From an uncultured Defluviitaleaceae bacterium (GTDB lineage: Bacteria > Bacillota > Clostridia > Lachnospirales > WRBF01): a stretch of 57,317 bases of DNA. The position numbers were made by a program, and so were the translations under genes. Shown here in pieces: positions 1 through 11,101 of this stretch. The DNA lies in NCBI GenBank assembly GCA_964392115.1, contig CAYMOU010000002.1:1-57317 (forward strand), read 5' to 3'. The notes under the pieces are model-generated. The model searched no databases, was not told the DNA's origin, and saw only the letters and a list, made by a program, of their open reading frames with translations. How positions within the stretch are numbered: position 1 is the first letter of the stretch; each line of letters begins with the position of its first letter.

Positions 1-33
1 GTTTCTGATTTCTTTTGCAGAATAGCATTTCAT
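1..33 (-). CDS. 5' end of a gene running off the window, probably an elongation factor G paralogue
   Basis: GGAGG RBS then ATG at 33; reads MKCYSAKEIRN, resembling the EF-G-like N-terminus (..IRN). Only 11 codons are visible. Confidence 0.45.
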   Translation of the reverse strand, partial: MKCYSAKEIRN

Positions 34-322
34 TGTTGAACCTCCTCGACTTTGTTAGTTACTTTTTAGGCAATTTGAAACATACGATATATATGATTGC
101 ATTTAGCCTAAGTTTATCGGTTGTTGTTGCCTTTGTATTATAACACATTAAGGCAACTTAATCAATCGGTTAAATATTCTTATAATTATGGCCTAACTTT
201 TATATTATTTAACCTGAATATTATATATTTCTACAAAATCGCCGGTTCTCCTTTTTTTATTTTGCATTTTCAAGGATTTTTAAATTTCACGAATATGAAT
301 GAATAATGTCGAACAAATTTAT

Positions 323-1360
323 CTATTGGGCACAAATTTCTGTCCAAGCTTTGTCATATTCTTTGATAAACTCACCCAAATCCTTATAAACCTCGCCTTG
401 CGTCACAACGTCTTCCGGAACCCAGTAGGCAGGGTTTTCTTTCAGTTCGATAGGAAGTTGTTTGTAGGTTTCGGCATTGGTGGTGGAAAAGCCGATGTAT
501 TCGGTGTTTTTTAGGGCAATGTTGTCTCTGCACAGGAAGTCTATAAATTTTTCTGCAAGTTCTTTGTTTTTGGCTCCTTTGGGGATTATAACGGCATCAT
601 AAAACACGTTTGTGCCTTCTTTTGGGAAAGCAAAGGCCAAGTCGGGGTTTTTATCCATGCAATAAACCGCATCTCCGGAATAGACAACCGCCAAGGAACC
701 TTGGTTGCCTATCATGTTATCTTTAACGGCATCGTCCAAATATGCTTGAACTAAGGGTCGTTGTTTTATCAGTTCGTTTTTGGCTTCCTCCAGTTCCGTA
801 GGGTTAACGGAGTTTAATGAATAGCCCAAGCGTTTAAATGACGGCGCAAGGGAGTCTCGTTGGCTGTTGTACATATATATTTCGTTTTCGTATTTTTCAT
901 CCCAGAGAATATTCCAAGAGTCAACCGGTTCGGTGACTTTTGTTTTGTTGTACAAAATGCCTACCACACCCCAGGTAAAAGCCACGGAGTATTTGTTGTC
1001 CGGGTCATAGGCAAGGTTTTTAAAACGGCTGTCTATGTTTTTGTAGTTGGGAACATTATTGAGGTTGATTTCTTCCACCAAGTTTTGGTTAATCATTTTT
1101 TCTATCATGTAATCCGACGGAATGGCTATATCGTAATTTACTCCGCCGGCGGAGATTTTTGCGTACATATCTTCGTTGGAGGTAAAGGTGTCGTATTTTA
1201 CCTTAACGCCGTATTCTTTTTCAAATTCAGTTATTACGTCCGGGTCCATGTAGTCGCCCCAGTTGTAAACGTTAAGAACGGGTTTTTGTTCACCGCAGCC
1301 CACAAAGCTAAACAAGGTAATTGCAGCAAGGCAGAATGCAATAATCTTAATAATTTTCAT
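323..1360 (-). CDS. potD: spermidine/putrescine ABC transporter substrate-binding lipoprotein
   Basis: Lipobox (FVGC), YNWGDY, PSDYM and PKEG motifs; last gene of the pot operon. Confidence 0.95.
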   Translation of the reverse strand: MKIIKIIAFCLAAITLFSFVGCGEQKPVLNVYNWGDYMDPDVITEFEKEYGVKVKYDTFTSNEDMYAKISAGGVNYDIAIPSDYMIEKMINQNLVEEINLNNVPNYKNIDSRFKNLAYDPDNKYSVAFTWGVVGILYNKTKVTEPVDSWNILWDEKYENEIYMYNSQRDSLAPSFKRLGYSLNSVNPTELEEAKNELIKQRPLVQAYLDDAVKDNMIGNQGSLAVVYSGDAVYCMDKNPDLAFAFPKEGTNVFYDAVIIPKGAKNKELAEKFIDFLCRDNIALKNTEYIGFSTTNAETYKQLPIELKENPAYWVPEDVVTQGEVYKDLGEFIKEYDKAWTEICAQ

Positions 1361-2144
1361 AAGTCATACTCTCCTTCTTTGAGCGTTTGTTAATAAAGAA
1401 CAGCAATGCCAATACCACTATAAACAGTATGGTAGATAAGGCGTTAATTTTGGGATTAATACCCCGGCGTGCCATAGAATAAATATAAATGGACAGATTG
1501 GATACTCCCGGTCCTACGGAAAAGAAGCTGATTACAAAATCATCTATAGACAGGGTAAAGGCGAGTATTAAGCCTGTTATTACCCCGGGCATTAGTTCCG
1601 GTAGAATTACCTTATAAAATGCATAAGAGGGCGTTGCTCCCAAGTCTAGGGCTGATTCGTAGAGGTTTTTGTTCAGCCGGCTTAATCTGGGTAAGACCGA
1701 AAGTATTACGTAGGGTATATTAAAGGTTATATGGGACAATAACAGCGTTCCAAGCCCCAAACTGCCGAAATTAAACATACGGAATACAAAAATATATAAA
1801 ATCATCAGAGAAATACCGGTGACTATATCGGGGTTTAGTACGGGTATGTTGGTGACGTTTAAAATCAGCTTTTTCGTGTATTTTCCCATAACGTGTATGC
1901 CCACGGCCGCAAAGGTGCCTATTATGGTAGCCACAACCGCCGAAACTACACCCACTAGCAGGGTATTGTACAGAGTTTCGGCTATAAGCGGGTCGTTGAA
2001 TAATTCCAAATACCAATCGAAGGAGAACCCAGTCCATTTTCCTCTGGAACGAGAGGCGTTAAAGGAATAAAACATAAGAACGCCTATGGGAGCATAAAGA
2101 AACAGCAGTACCATCCAAATATATACTCGTTTAAGTGTTTTCAA
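1347..2144 (-). CDS. potC: spermidine/putrescine ABC transporter permease
   Basis: LYAPI, ESALDLGA EAA loop, FTLSIDDF. Confidence 0.95.
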   Translation of the reverse strand: MKTLKRVYIWMVLLFLYAPIGVLMFYSFNASRSRGKWTGFSFDWYLELFNDPLIAETLYNTLLVGVVSAVVATIIGTFAAVGIHVMGKYTKKLILNVTNIPVLNPDIVTGISLMILYIFVFRMFNFGSLGLGTLLLSHITFNIPYVILSVLPRLSRLNKNLYESALDLGATPSYAFYKVILPELMPGVITGLILAFTLSIDDFVISFFSVGPGVSNLSIYIYSMARRGINPKINALSTILFIVVLALLFFINKRSKKESMTYENY

Positions 2145-2962
2145 AACAATCCGCCTTCCTCATTATTTTTATCCACCAAGGAAAACACGGCCATGGAAAT
2201 CAAAATTATTACCATTAAAATAAGGGATAAAGCTGAACCGAAATTCCAAGTTTCCGAGCCTTTGAATTGGCGTTCTATAAGGTTACCTATAAGCATTACT
2301 TTACCGCCGCCCAATAGGTCGGACACAATAAAGGTGGTGACGGCCGGCATAAATACCATGGATATGCCTGAAATAACGCCGGGTAAGCTTAACGGGAAGG
2401 TTAATTTTAAGAAAACCTGTAAGGGATTTGCGCCTAAGTCCCGGGCGGCTTCTATAAGGCTGTAATCTGTCTTTTTTAGGACGGTGTAAACCGGCAGTAT
2501 CATAAAAGGAAGGAAGTTATACACCATGCCCAGAATTACCGCACCTTCCGTATACAGCATTTCTGCCGGTGCCATGCCGAAAAATTGCAGTACAGAGTTT
2601 ATAAGCCCGTTTTTTTCCAGTATGGTCATCCAAGCGTAGGTACGCAACAGAGCGTTCATCCACATGGGAACGAGGAAAAGGAACAACAGGGCTGTTTTGG
2701 TATCATAAACCTTGTCAGCCAGTATCCAAGCCAAGGGGTAGCCTATAAGGAAGCAGAGCAAAGTCGAAATTAAGGCAAGGTTCAGCGAACGAAGAAGAAT
2801 ATTCAAATAAACAGGTTCGAAGGCTCGCATTATATGTTCAAAGGAAAAGCCGACCCCGGCAGCGTCCGAGGTTACAAAGGCATAATACACTATTAAAAAC
2901 ATAGGTATTACCGTAAAAATTATCATCCAAGCCACATAGGGATACGCAAAGGATTTTCTCAA
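2141..2962 (-). CDS. potB: spermidine/putrescine ABC transporter permease
   Basis: GYPLAW, LRTYAW, EAARDLGA; TTG start behind GGAGGTG. Confidence 0.95.
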   Translation of the reverse strand: MRKSFAYPYVAWMIIFTVIPMFLIVYYAFVTSDAAGVGFSFEHIMRAFEPVYLNILLRSLNLALISTLLCFLIGYPLAWILADKVYDTKTALLFLFLVPMWMNALLRTYAWMTILEKNGLINSVLQFFGMAPAEMLYTEGAVILGMVYNFLPFMILPVYTVLKKTDYSLIEAARDLGANPLQVFLKLTFPLSLPGVISGISMVFMPAVTTFIVSDLLGGGKVMLIGNLIERQFKGSETWNFGSALSLILMVIILISMAVFSLVDKNNEEGGLF

Positions 2963-3001
2963 GCCCTCACCTCCGCAGAAAAATTTAAGAAAAGAAAAAC
3001 C

Positions 3002-3050
3002 TTGAGGGAAACTTTTTCTGAAGAAAAAGTTTCCCTCAAACTCCCTTCAA
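3002..3050. repeat. REP-like palindromic repeat (family 2)
   Basis: Perfect 18-bp arms TTGAGGGAAACTTTTTCT / AGAAAAAGTTTCCCTCAA plus an AACTCCCTTC tail; related copies elsewhere in the window. Confidence 0.8.
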
Positions 3051-3090
3051 AAAGACTTTGTCATTATAAGGTAATTTTTATCTACTAAAT

Positions 3091-4131
3091 TTAATTACTT
3101 TTCTTCATAATTTGGATTAGGTCGGGGTCTATGCATAGCCCTACTTGTGTGCCTTTCGGGGTTTCGTTTGTGCTGTGTACCAACCATTGGAAGGAGCCGG
3201 ATTCTATGAGCATTTCGTAATGTACACCTTTGAAAATGACGTTTTTTACTACTCCTTTTAGGGCGCCTTCTTCGTAGGAGACTATATCTATATCTTCCGG
3301 CCGCACAACAACGTCTACGGCTTCGTTTTTGGCAAAGCCGGCATCTATGCATTTGAAAACGGTATCGCCGAAATTTACGGTGTAATCTTCAAGCATTATT
3401 CCGTCTAAAATGTTGCTTTCGCCTATAAAGTCTGCCACAAAGGCGTTTTTCGGCTCGTTGTATATATCTTGAGGCGTGCCTACCTGCATTATGGAGCCTT
3501 GGTTCATTACCACTATGGTGTCGGACATGGTAAGGGCTTCTTCTTGGTCGTGGGTTACATATATAAAGGTGATGCCCAATTCTTTTTGCATATTTTTCAG
3601 TTCCATTTGCATTTCTTTGCGGAGTTTTAAATCCAAGGCACCCAAGGGTTCGTCCAGAAGCAGTACTTCCGGCTCGTTTACCAAGGCACGGGCTATGGCA
3701 ACCCTTTGTTGTTGGCCACCGCTTAAGGTTTTTACGGAGCGTTTTTCAAAGCCCTTTAAATTAACCAATTCAAGCATTTTGGCTACTTTTTGCTTTATTA
3801 TTTTATCGTCGGTTTTTTTTATTTTCAGACCGAAGGCTATGTTTTGGGAAACGTTCATGTTGGGAAAAAGGGCGTATTTTTGGAATACGGTGTTTAAGTT
3901 CCGCTTGTTTGGCGGTTCTTTTAATATGGATTTGTTACCGAACAATAAATCCCCGGAGGTAGGCTGTTCAAAACCGCCGATAATGCGCAGGGTAGTTGTT
4001 TTTCCGCAACCGCTGGGGCCCAGTAGGGTAAGAAATTCGTTTTTTCTTATATATAAATTGATTTCATCCAAAACTTTGTGTTTACCGAAATATTTAGAAA
4101 TATTAATCAGGTCTATTAGGTGTTGGCTCAT
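3091..4131 (-). CDS. potA: spermidine/putrescine ABC transporter ATPase
   Basis: GPSGCGKT Walker A, LSGGQ, LLLDEP; likely start is MSQHL at 4131. Confidence 0.95.
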   Translation of the reverse strand: MSQHLIDLINISKYFGKHKVLDEINLYIRKNEFLTLLGPSGCGKTTTLRIIGGFEQPTSGDLLFGNKSILKEPPNKRNLNTVFQKYALFPNMNVSQNIAFGLKIKKTDDKIIKQKVAKMLELVNLKGFEKRSVKTLSGGQQQRVAIARALVNEPEVLLLDEPLGALDLKLRKEMQMELKNMQKELGITFIYVTHDQEEALTMSDTIVVMNQGSIMQVGTPQDIYNEPKNAFVADFIGESNILDGIMLEDYTVNFGDTVFKCIDAGFAKNEAVDVVVRPEDIDIVSYEEGALKGVVKNVIFKGVHYEMLIESGSFQWLVHSTNETPKGTQVGLCIDPDLIQIMKKSN

Positions 4132-4195
4132 TTTTACCCCCAAATTCCGGATTTTTTGTTGTATAAATTGTTGGCTTATTAGGCTGTAATTAATC

Positions 4196-4735
4196 TTAAA
4201 AATTGGGCGGAGCACTTACAAGGAGGACAACCGCCTCTGTGTTACCGCTGTTTTCTATAAAATATTGGGTATTGGCTCCGTAATAAAAGCTTTCGCCCTT
4301 TTTTGCCTTGATTTTTTGGTTGCCGGGATTTAGATTAATCATACCCTGAATCACGTATCCGAAAACCTCGCCCCGGTGCGGGCCGTAGGTGCAGGATTTG
4401 CCGTGCTTTTTAAGCTTAATCAAAATAGGCTCCATGATATTTTTTTGAGCATTGGGAATAATCCGGCAGATGCTGTGGTTTAATTCGGTGTTTTCTTGAG
4501 TAAAGGCATCGTCTTGGTCGAAAACCAGTTTGTGGTTATCCTGCTCGTTAAAGAAATCTTTTAAATTCGTGCCCAAACATTCCAAAATATCTATAAGCGT
4601 AGCTATGGACGGAGAGGTTAAGCCACGCTCCAGCTGTGAAATAAATCCCTTGGATAAATCACAGCGATAGGCAAGTTCTGACTGGGTTAGGTTGGTTTTT
4701 ATTCTTAATTGACGAATTTTTTCGCCTATATTCAT
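4196..4735 (-). CDS. XRE-HTH/cupin transcriptional regulator (PuuR/PotR-like)
   Basis: N-terminal HTH ([16 protein letters not shown]) and C-terminal cupin; heads the pot operon. Confidence 0.9.
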   Translation of the reverse strand: MNIGEKIRQLRIKTNLTQSELAYRCDLSKGFISQLERGLTSPSIATLIDILECLGTNLKDFFNEQDNHKLVFDQDDAFTQENTELNHSICRIIPNAQKNIMEPILIKLKKHGKSCTYGPHRGEVFGYVIQGMINLNPGNQKIKAKKGESFYYGANTQYFIENSGNTEAVVLLVSAPPNF

Positions 4736-5072
4736 AATAATTCCACTCTTTCGGACCGTTTATGATTCCGACTGATGTATTTTAAAAGGATTTGCGTAAC
4801 CCGAGCCGGATAAGTCTTTATCTCCGGCAAGGAACCTTTGCAATACATTTATACTAAACGCTATGTTTACATATTCTAAACTCAAACTGAATTAAAACAT
4901 ATTTTGGCAACAGTGTCAAGAATTAATTGTCAAATATTACCGAAGCAAGTCAACAGTTGCCGGATTGTGATTGTAAGGTGCTTTATTAAGGTAAAAATTC
5001 TTACCGTCTTAGTCCTGAACCTCTGCGGCTGTATCAATATTTTACACTACAGCTACCGAATTATTGAAAATA

Positions 5073-5100
5073 TTGACAATATAGATTATTATGATAGAAT
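5073..5100 (+). promoter_or_regulatory. putative sigma-A promoter of the glycosyltransferase operon
   Basis: TTGACA-16 nt-TAGAAT with extended -10 TG. Confidence 0.6.
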
Positions 5101-5136
5101 TAAACGGGATTAAGAAAGCAATTTAGGGGGTATTAT

Positions 5137-6228
5137 TTGAACATATTATATATAATGAATTACGCCGGCAATGGCGGTAGCGAGAAGTATGTCCGTATGG
5201 TTGCGGAATATATGCTTGCTTTAAAACACAAAATCCATTTCATGTATAATCACCCGGGTGCATTACGGGACGAAATGGAAGCCATGGGTATTAAACCGGT
5301 TAAGCTGGAAATGAAAAACCCCTTTGATACCAAAGCCGCCGGTGCTGTAGCGGAATATTGCCGGAAACACAAAATAGACATCATCCATACCCAATATCAA
5401 CGAGAAAATTATATAGCCCTTCTTGCCAAGAAAAAATACAAGGTGGGCGTAATATATACCTCTCATATAGTATTGAGAAACAATTTTGTTTGGAAAATCA
5501 TGAACAGCTTTATGAACAAAAACAACGATGCCATAATAGCCGTCTGTGAAATGATTCGTGATTTACTGATACAAAATAAAATGCCCAAAGACAAAATAAC
5601 CACCGTGTACAACGGTGTTGTTTTAAAGGAAGGCGCAGTCAAGACGCAAAAAGTGCGAAATGAATTTAATATTCATCCGGACGAGTTTGTTTTTGTTACC
5701 TTGGCACGAATGTCTAAGGAAAAGGGCATACCCTTTCTTTTGGAAGCCTTAAACCGCTTAAAGGGATTAACCCACCTGCCTTTTAAACTGCTGCTGGCAG
5801 GAGACGGCGAAGAAATGGCTGTATGTCAAAATTATGTTAAAGAAAATAACCTTGACGATCGGGTTATATTTATGGGTTACAGAACAGATACGGAAGATAT
5901 ATTGGCTGCCGGGGATTGTTTTATAAATTCTTCATCCTCCGAGGCCATGAGTTTTGCTATTTTGGAAGCCATGAGTATGTCTTTACCGCTGATTTTAACA
6001 GCAGTAGGCGGAAATACGGAAATTATAGGTGAAAAGGCCGCAGACGGTATTTTGGTAAACTACGGAGATGTACAAGCTTTGTCGGACGCTATGCTTAAAA
6101 TGATGACAGACCAAGCCTACCGTGAAATCTGCTCGAATTCTTCCTTAAATACGGTAATAGCATTATTTTCCGTAGAGCAACAACTTTCCCAAACACTTAA
6201 CATATATGAAAAAGTTTTGAATAATTAA
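5137..6228 (+). CDS. glycosyltransferase family 4
   Basis: GGSEKY N-terminal motif, ARMSKEKG, EAMSFAILEAM (EX7E). Confidence 0.9.
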   Translation: MNILYIMNYAGNGGSEKYVRMVAEYMLALKHKIHFMYNHPGALRDEMEAMGIKPVKLEMKNPFDTKAAGAVAEYCRKHKIDIIHTQYQRENYIALLAKKKYKVGVIYTSHIVLRNNFVWKIMNSFMNKNNDAIIAVCEMIRDLLIQNKMPKDKITTVYNGVVLKEGAVKTQKVRNEFNIHPDEFVFVTLARMSKEKGIPFLLEALNRLKGLTHLPFKLLLAGDGEEMAVCQNYVKENNLDDRVIFMGYRTDTEDILAAGDCFINSSSSEAMSFAILEAMSMSLPLILTAVGGNTEIIGEKAADGILVNYGDVQALSDAMLKMMTDQAYREICSNSSLNTVIALFSVEQQLSQTLNIYEKVLNN

Positions 6229-6249
6229 TTAAGCTTACAGAGGTGCAAT

Positions 6250-6735
6250 ATGATAGACAGAAAAGGCCGAATCTTCGGATTGGTTAATATAATAGATGTG
6301 TTTATCTTACTTGCTTTGGTTGCGGTGGCTGTGTATATGTTTGGCAAGACAGCTTCACCCGGAGCAGGGCCGGCAAAACAATCTACTTATATAATGAAGT
6401 TTTACACCGAGAATTCTCCGGAATATGCAGTAAAACTTGTTGAAAAAGACGTTGCGGCCGAGGACGATACCAAGGGTATCAGTCTGGGTAGGGTAACGGA
6501 CTATACCATAGGTAAGGGTATAGTTTATAATTACGATAAGGACGGAAACAGCGTAAAGGCTTTTATGGAGGACTACGCCTCTTGCGAAGTGGTTATGGAA
6601 CTGAAAGGTCAGTCTATGGACGGTGGAGCCTTGTTGGTTAACGGTAATGTTTATGCCGTGGGACAACCCATTACCATTCGAGCCGGAAAGATAAAATTGT
6701 TCGGTAAAGTCTCTGCTTTGGAAGCTGTGGCGTAA
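6250..6735 (+). CDS. DUF4330-like membrane-anchored protein (paralogue 1)
   Basis: MIDRKGRIFGLVNIID N-terminus followed by a TM helix. Confidence 0.75.
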   Translation: MIDRKGRIFGLVNIIDVFILLALVAVAVYMFGKTASPGAGPAKQSTYIMKFYTENSPEYAVKLVEKDVAAEDDTKGISLGRVTDYTIGKGIVYNYDKDGNSVKAFMEDYASCEVVMELKGQSMDGGALLVNGNVYAVGQPITIRAGKIKLFGKVSALEAVA

Positions 6736-6810
6736 CCGTAACCGGAATTTTAGACAAACGCCCTGTTTTAGGGTTTTGTCGGTTATCAAAAAGAGAAAAC
6801 GAGGTTTCTT

Positions 6811-7299
6811 ATGATAGACGAAAAAGGCAAATTGTTTGGGATTATTAATCCCTTGGACTTGCTTGTCCTATTGGCTTTAATAGCGGCCGCCGTGTTTATG
6901 TACGGCAAGGTTGTGTCACCGGAGAAAAGCGCCGCAAAACAAACGGCTGTGGTTGTGAAATTTTACAGCGAAAGCTCACCCAAATTCGCCGTGGATTTGT
7001 TGGCAAAAGATATGCAAGCCGAGGACGATACCAAGGGAGTAAGCCTTGGAACCGTAACGGATTTTACAGTGGGCAAGGGCGTTGTATATACTTCCGACAG
7101 TGAAGGAAACAGCATTAAATCCTATCAAGAAGACTATTCTTCTTGCGAAATAACCATGAATGCAACCGGACAGGTACTGGAAGGCGGTGCTTTATCCGTT
7201 AACGGAAATGTATACGCCGTGGGACAAAGCTTAACCTTGAGAGTAGGAAATACAAAGCTTTTCGGAAGAATTTCTGCATTAGATATATCTCAAAGCTGA
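6811..7299 (+). CDS. DUF4330-like membrane-anchored protein (paralogue 2)
   Basis: MIDEKGKLFGIINPLD; clearly paralogous to 6250-6735 (shared AEDDTKG, VNGNVYAVGQ). Confidence 0.75.
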   Translation: MIDEKGKLFGIINPLDLLVLLALIAAAVFMYGKVVSPEKSAAKQTAVVVKFYSESSPKFAVDLLAKDMQAEDDTKGVSLGTVTDFTVGKGVVYTSDSEGNSIKSYQEDYSSCEITMNATGQVLEGGALSVNGNVYAVGQSLTLRVGNTKLFGRISALDISQS

Positions 7300-7374
7300 T
7301 TTATTCCGGCGGTGTTGCTTTCGCCAAGCGGTTTTGAAGGATACCCAACAGATATTCCGAAAGAAGGTTAAAAA

Positions 7375-7734
7375 ATGACTGATTCCGCTATAATAAAATT
7401 AATTATGGGTTGTTTGTCTTTTTTGAACAAAATATACGAAAAGTCAGCCTGCTTTAGGTTTGTTCAATTTATAGCCGAGCAATGGAAAAATTCACTGTTC
7501 TATAATGTTTTCACGACTTTTTTCAGAAAAATGCAGTCTATTAACTACGCATCGGGAAGTTTGTTTTTCAAGCTTTTTTATTGGATAGTGAGAAGCTTGG
7601 GCAAACTTATCTCACGTATAATTGCTTTTTTCAGAATAAAAGACTCGGCAACTTATAAATTCTTACATGGATTTACAGAAAAAACCACGCCTGTTATCAG
7701 GAAAAGTTTTGTTTACAAGTTATTTTATGATTAA
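7375..7734 (+). CDS. hypothetical basic/amphipathic protein
   Basis: 119-aa ORF with RBS, co-oriented within the operon; internal SxF/Y repeats. Confidence 0.6.
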   Translation: MTDSAIIKLIMGCLSFLNKIYEKSACFRFVQFIAEQWKNSLFYNVFTTFFRKMQSINYASGSLFFKLFYWIVRSLGKLISRIIAFFRIKDSATYKFLHGFTEKTTPVIRKSFVYKLFYD

Positions 7735-7749
7735 TCTCGGAGGACAGAA

Positions 7750-9696
7750 ATGGATAAATACTACATCACCACACCGATTTATTTTGCCAGCGGCAATCCA
7801 CATATAGGCCACTCTTACACCACCGTTGCGGCAGATTCTATGTCTAGGTATAAAAAAGCAAGAGGCTACGACGTGCATTTTTTGACCGGTATGGACGAAC
7901 ACGGGCAAAAAATCGAGCGTGTTTCCAAGGAAAAAGGCCTTAGCCCCAAGGAGTACGTAGACAGCATAGCAGAAGAATTCAGGTCTTTATGGCAATTAAT
8001 GCAAATAGAATATGATTGGTTTATTCGCACCACGGACGACTATCACGAAAAAACCGTTCAGCGTATATTCAAAAAATTATACGACCAAGGCGACATCTAC
8101 AAAAGCTCCTACGAAGGTCTTTATTGCACACCCTGCGAAACCTTCTTTACAGAGCGTCAATTGGTAGACGGTAAATGCCCCGATTGTAACAGGGACGTTG
8201 AAAAGGTTAAGGAAGAAAGCTACTTCCTTAGATTAACAAATTATCAAGACCGTCTCTTGAAGCATATAGAGGAAAACCCTGAATTTATTATGCCTTTAAG
8301 CCGCAGAAACGAAATGGTCAATAACTTTCTTAAACCCGGCTTGGAGGACTTGGCGGTTTCCAGAACTTCATTCAAATGGGGTATACCTGTAGAATTTGAT
8401 GAAGGTCATGTGGTTTATGTTTGGCTGGACGCACTTTCAAACTATATCTCTGCCTTAGGCTATGACACGGAAAACGACCAAAAATACAAACACTTCTGGC
8501 CGGCTGATGTTCATTTGGTGGGCAAAGAAATAGTGCGTTTCCATACTATTATTTGGCCTATTATGCTTATGGCTTTGGGCGAACCCTTGCCGAAACAAAT
8601 CTTTGGTCATGGCTGGGTAATTTTTGATGGCGGCAAAATGTCAAAATCTAAGGGTAATGTTATAGACCCCAATATTTTAATCGGTCGTTACGGCTTGGAT
8701 GCAATTCGCTATTTCTTAATGAGAGAGATAGTTTTCGGTCAAGACGGAAACTTTTCCAATGAATTGCTTATTAACCGCTTAAATTCAGACCTTGCCAATG
8801 ACTTGGGCAACTTGCTGTCACGTACCGTAGGTATGATAGACAAATATTTCGGCGGAAAAGTGCCGGAGGTTCAAGAACCCACAGAGTTTGACGAGGACCT
8901 GAAAAAACTTGCAATGGAAACAGTGTCTATAGCAGAGGATCGCATGGATAAATTCTTGTTCCATGAAGCCCTTACCCAAATTTGGACTTTAATAAGACGT
9001 GCCAATAAATACACAGACGAAACCGCTCCTTGGGTTATGGCTAAAGACCCCGCCGCACAGCCCAAACTGGCTAACGTTATGTATATGCTTTCAGAAACCC
9101 TGCGTATAGTTTCTATACTGATTTCTCCGGTAATGCCCAATACTCCCAAGGCTATTGAAAGCCAATTGAATATTAGCAAGGATATTACCAAATGGGACGA
9201 TGCAAAAACTTTCGGCTTGCTTCCCAAGGCTATAACCATAAACAAAGGTGAAGTACTTTTCCCGAGAATTGATTTGGAAAAAGAGCTTAAAGAATTGGAA
9301 GCACTGCAAGCACAAAAAAATGCAGCATCTCAACCGGCACAGGAGACTGCCAAGGAAGTTGTTCAAAAACCGGCTATCGCCATTGAGGACTTTGCAAAGG
9401 TAGAATTAAAAGTAGGCGAAGTGGTGGAATGTGAAAAGGTTAAAGGCTCTGACAAACTTCTTAAATCTCAAATTATAATAGGCTCCGAAAAACGTCAAAT
9501 CGTTTCCGGCATAGCTAAGCATTATTCTCCGGAAGAAATGGTAGGCAAGAAGGTTGTGGTTGTAACCAACTTGAAACCGGTAAAATTACGTGGGGTAATG
9601 TCCGAAGGGATGATTTTGGCGGCGGAAGACAGCACCGGAACTTTAAAGGTTGTCACTGTGGACGGTGACATGACCCACGGTGCGGAGGTACGCTAA
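7750..9696 (+). CDS. metG: methionine--tRNA ligase
   Basis: HIGH and KMSKS motifs, Zn knuckle, C-terminal tRNA-binding OB domain. Confidence 0.98.
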   Translation: MDKYYITTPIYFASGNPHIGHSYTTVAADSMSRYKKARGYDVHFLTGMDEHGQKIERVSKEKGLSPKEYVDSIAEEFRSLWQLMQIEYDWFIRTTDDYHEKTVQRIFKKLYDQGDIYKSSYEGLYCTPCETFFTERQLVDGKCPDCNRDVEKVKEESYFLRLTNYQDRLLKHIEENPEFIMPLSRRNEMVNNFLKPGLEDLAVSRTSFKWGIPVEFDEGHVVYVWLDALSNYISALGYDTENDQKYKHFWPADVHLVGKEIVRFHTIIWPIMLMALGEPLPKQIFGHGWVIFDGGKMSKSKGNVIDPNILIGRYGLDAIRYFLMREIVFGQDGNFSNELLINRLNSDLANDLGNLLSRTVGMIDKYFGGKVPEVQEPTEFDEDLKKLAMETVSIAEDRMDKFLFHEALTQIWTLIRRANKYTDETAPWVMAKDPAAQPKLANVMYMLSETLRIVSILISPVMPNTPKAIESQLNISKDITKWDDAKTFGLLPKAITINKGEVLFPRIDLEKELKELEALQAQKNAASQPAQETAKEVVQKPAIAIEDFAKVELKVGEVVECEKVKGSDKLLKSQIIIGSEKRQIVSGIAKHYSPEEMVGKKVVVVTNLKPVKLRGVMSEGMILAAEDSTGTLKVVTVDGDMTHGAEVR

Positions 9697-10457
9697 TGTA
9701 CTTCGAGTCCCACGCACATTACGACGACAAGCGTTTTGACAAAGACAGAGATACCCTGCTGGCTCAATTGCCCGAACGGGGCATAAGCTATATAATCAAC
9801 GCCGGTGCCGATATGCAGTCCTCAAAAATAGGGCTGCAATTGGCGCAAAAGTATGATTATATTTATGCCGCCGTGGGAGTTCATCCTCATGATACGGAAA
9901 AAATGACCGACCGGGACTTGGAAACCCTAAGGCAATACACCCAGGAAAACAAGGTGGTTGCCGTGGGCGAAATCGGCCTGGACTTTTACTATAATTCATC
10001 ACCTCAAGATGACCAAAGGCATTGGTTTAAACGTCAGTTGGAGTTGGCGGAACAGGTTAATTTGCCGGTAATAATTCACTCCAGAGATGCTACAGCCGAA
10101 ACTTTTGATATTATTAAATCAAGCAAAATACGCAACGGTGTTGTGCATTGTTTTTCTTCCTCTTGGGAAATGGCTTTAAAATATGTAGAGTTGGGTTTTT
10201 ATATAGGCATAACCGGCGTGGTGACTTTTCCCAACGCAAAACAGGTGATTGAGGTAGTTCAAAAAGTACCCCTTGACAGGTTGCTAATTGAAACTGACTG
10301 CCCTTATCTAACACCCCAACAAAACAGAGGAAAACGCAACGATTCCACCAACCTGGTTTATATAGCCGAGAAAATTGCGGAAATAAAACAGGTTTCACCG
10401 GAAGAAATCGCATTATCTACATTAAATAACGGTAAGAAATTGTTTTCTTTGAATTGA
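9696..10457 (+). CDS. tatD: TatD family nuclease
   Basis: ESHAH, GVHPH, GEIGLD, IETDCPY; follows metG. Confidence 0.93.
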   Translation: MYFESHAHYDDKRFDKDRDTLLAQLPERGISYIINAGADMQSSKIGLQLAQKYDYIYAAVGVHPHDTEKMTDRDLETLRQYTQENKVVAVGEIGLDFYYNSSPQDDQRHWFKRQLELAEQVNLPVIIHSRDATAETFDIIKSSKIRNGVVHCFSSSWEMALKYVELGFYIGITGVVTFPNAKQVIEVVQKVPLDRLLIETDCPYLTPQQNRGKRNDSTNLVYIAEKIAEIKQVSPEEIALSTLNNGKKLFSLN

Positions 10458-10725
10458 TTTTTTGGATTATTAAGGAAAAGAGAGTGTGATTACGATAGAC
10501 ATTTAATTTCTTTATACAACCTCTATCCGACACACTCTTATTTTTTACCCTTTATCGGAAAAATTGTATTTATTATGTGAATTTGTCAATAATAACATTG
10601 AAATGACCGGTTTATGTAGCTAGAACTTGACAAAACACAGTTTGAAAATGTACAGTAACAGAGGGACTTTTGTTTACTTTAAAGTATAAAGCCCCGTGGA
10701 CAGCTTGCCGTTTGGGTAAAGAGGG

Positions 10726-11037
10726 ATGAATTTGGAATTTCACGATAAAATACGGTTGGGCAATTCGGTTAACAATCCGGACGAATTAATTAATCAATTG
10801 GGCCAGGGCATAGCCCGGCCGGATATTTATTTGATTTGCGTCAAATCATCCGGAAACAATTTAATGGAGATATTTCGTTCCTCCGAAATTTTAAAAGGAT
10901 ATAATAAGGCAAAAGCCTATAAAATAATAGGCTTATGCAAGGGCAAACAAGAGGCTTTTGAGACTGCTGCCGAAATTATTAAGGATTATATCCGGGAAAC
11001 CAAGGATTTTACTCAATTTAAAAAAGCTTACTTTTAA
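10726..11037 (+). CDS. hypothetical protein
   Basis: 103-aa ORF with RBS and an upstream TTGACA. Confidence 0.7.
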   Translation: MNLEFHDKIRLGNSVNNPDELINQLGQGIARPDIYLICVKSSGNNLMEIFRSSEILKGYNKAKAYKIIGLCKGKQEAFETAAEIIKDYIRETKDFTQFKKAYF

Positions 11038-11101
11038 ATAAACGCCGGTTTTTTGAAATTGCTTTGCTGTTTAGGCGTTTTTCGGCAGAAAAAGGATAAA
11101 G

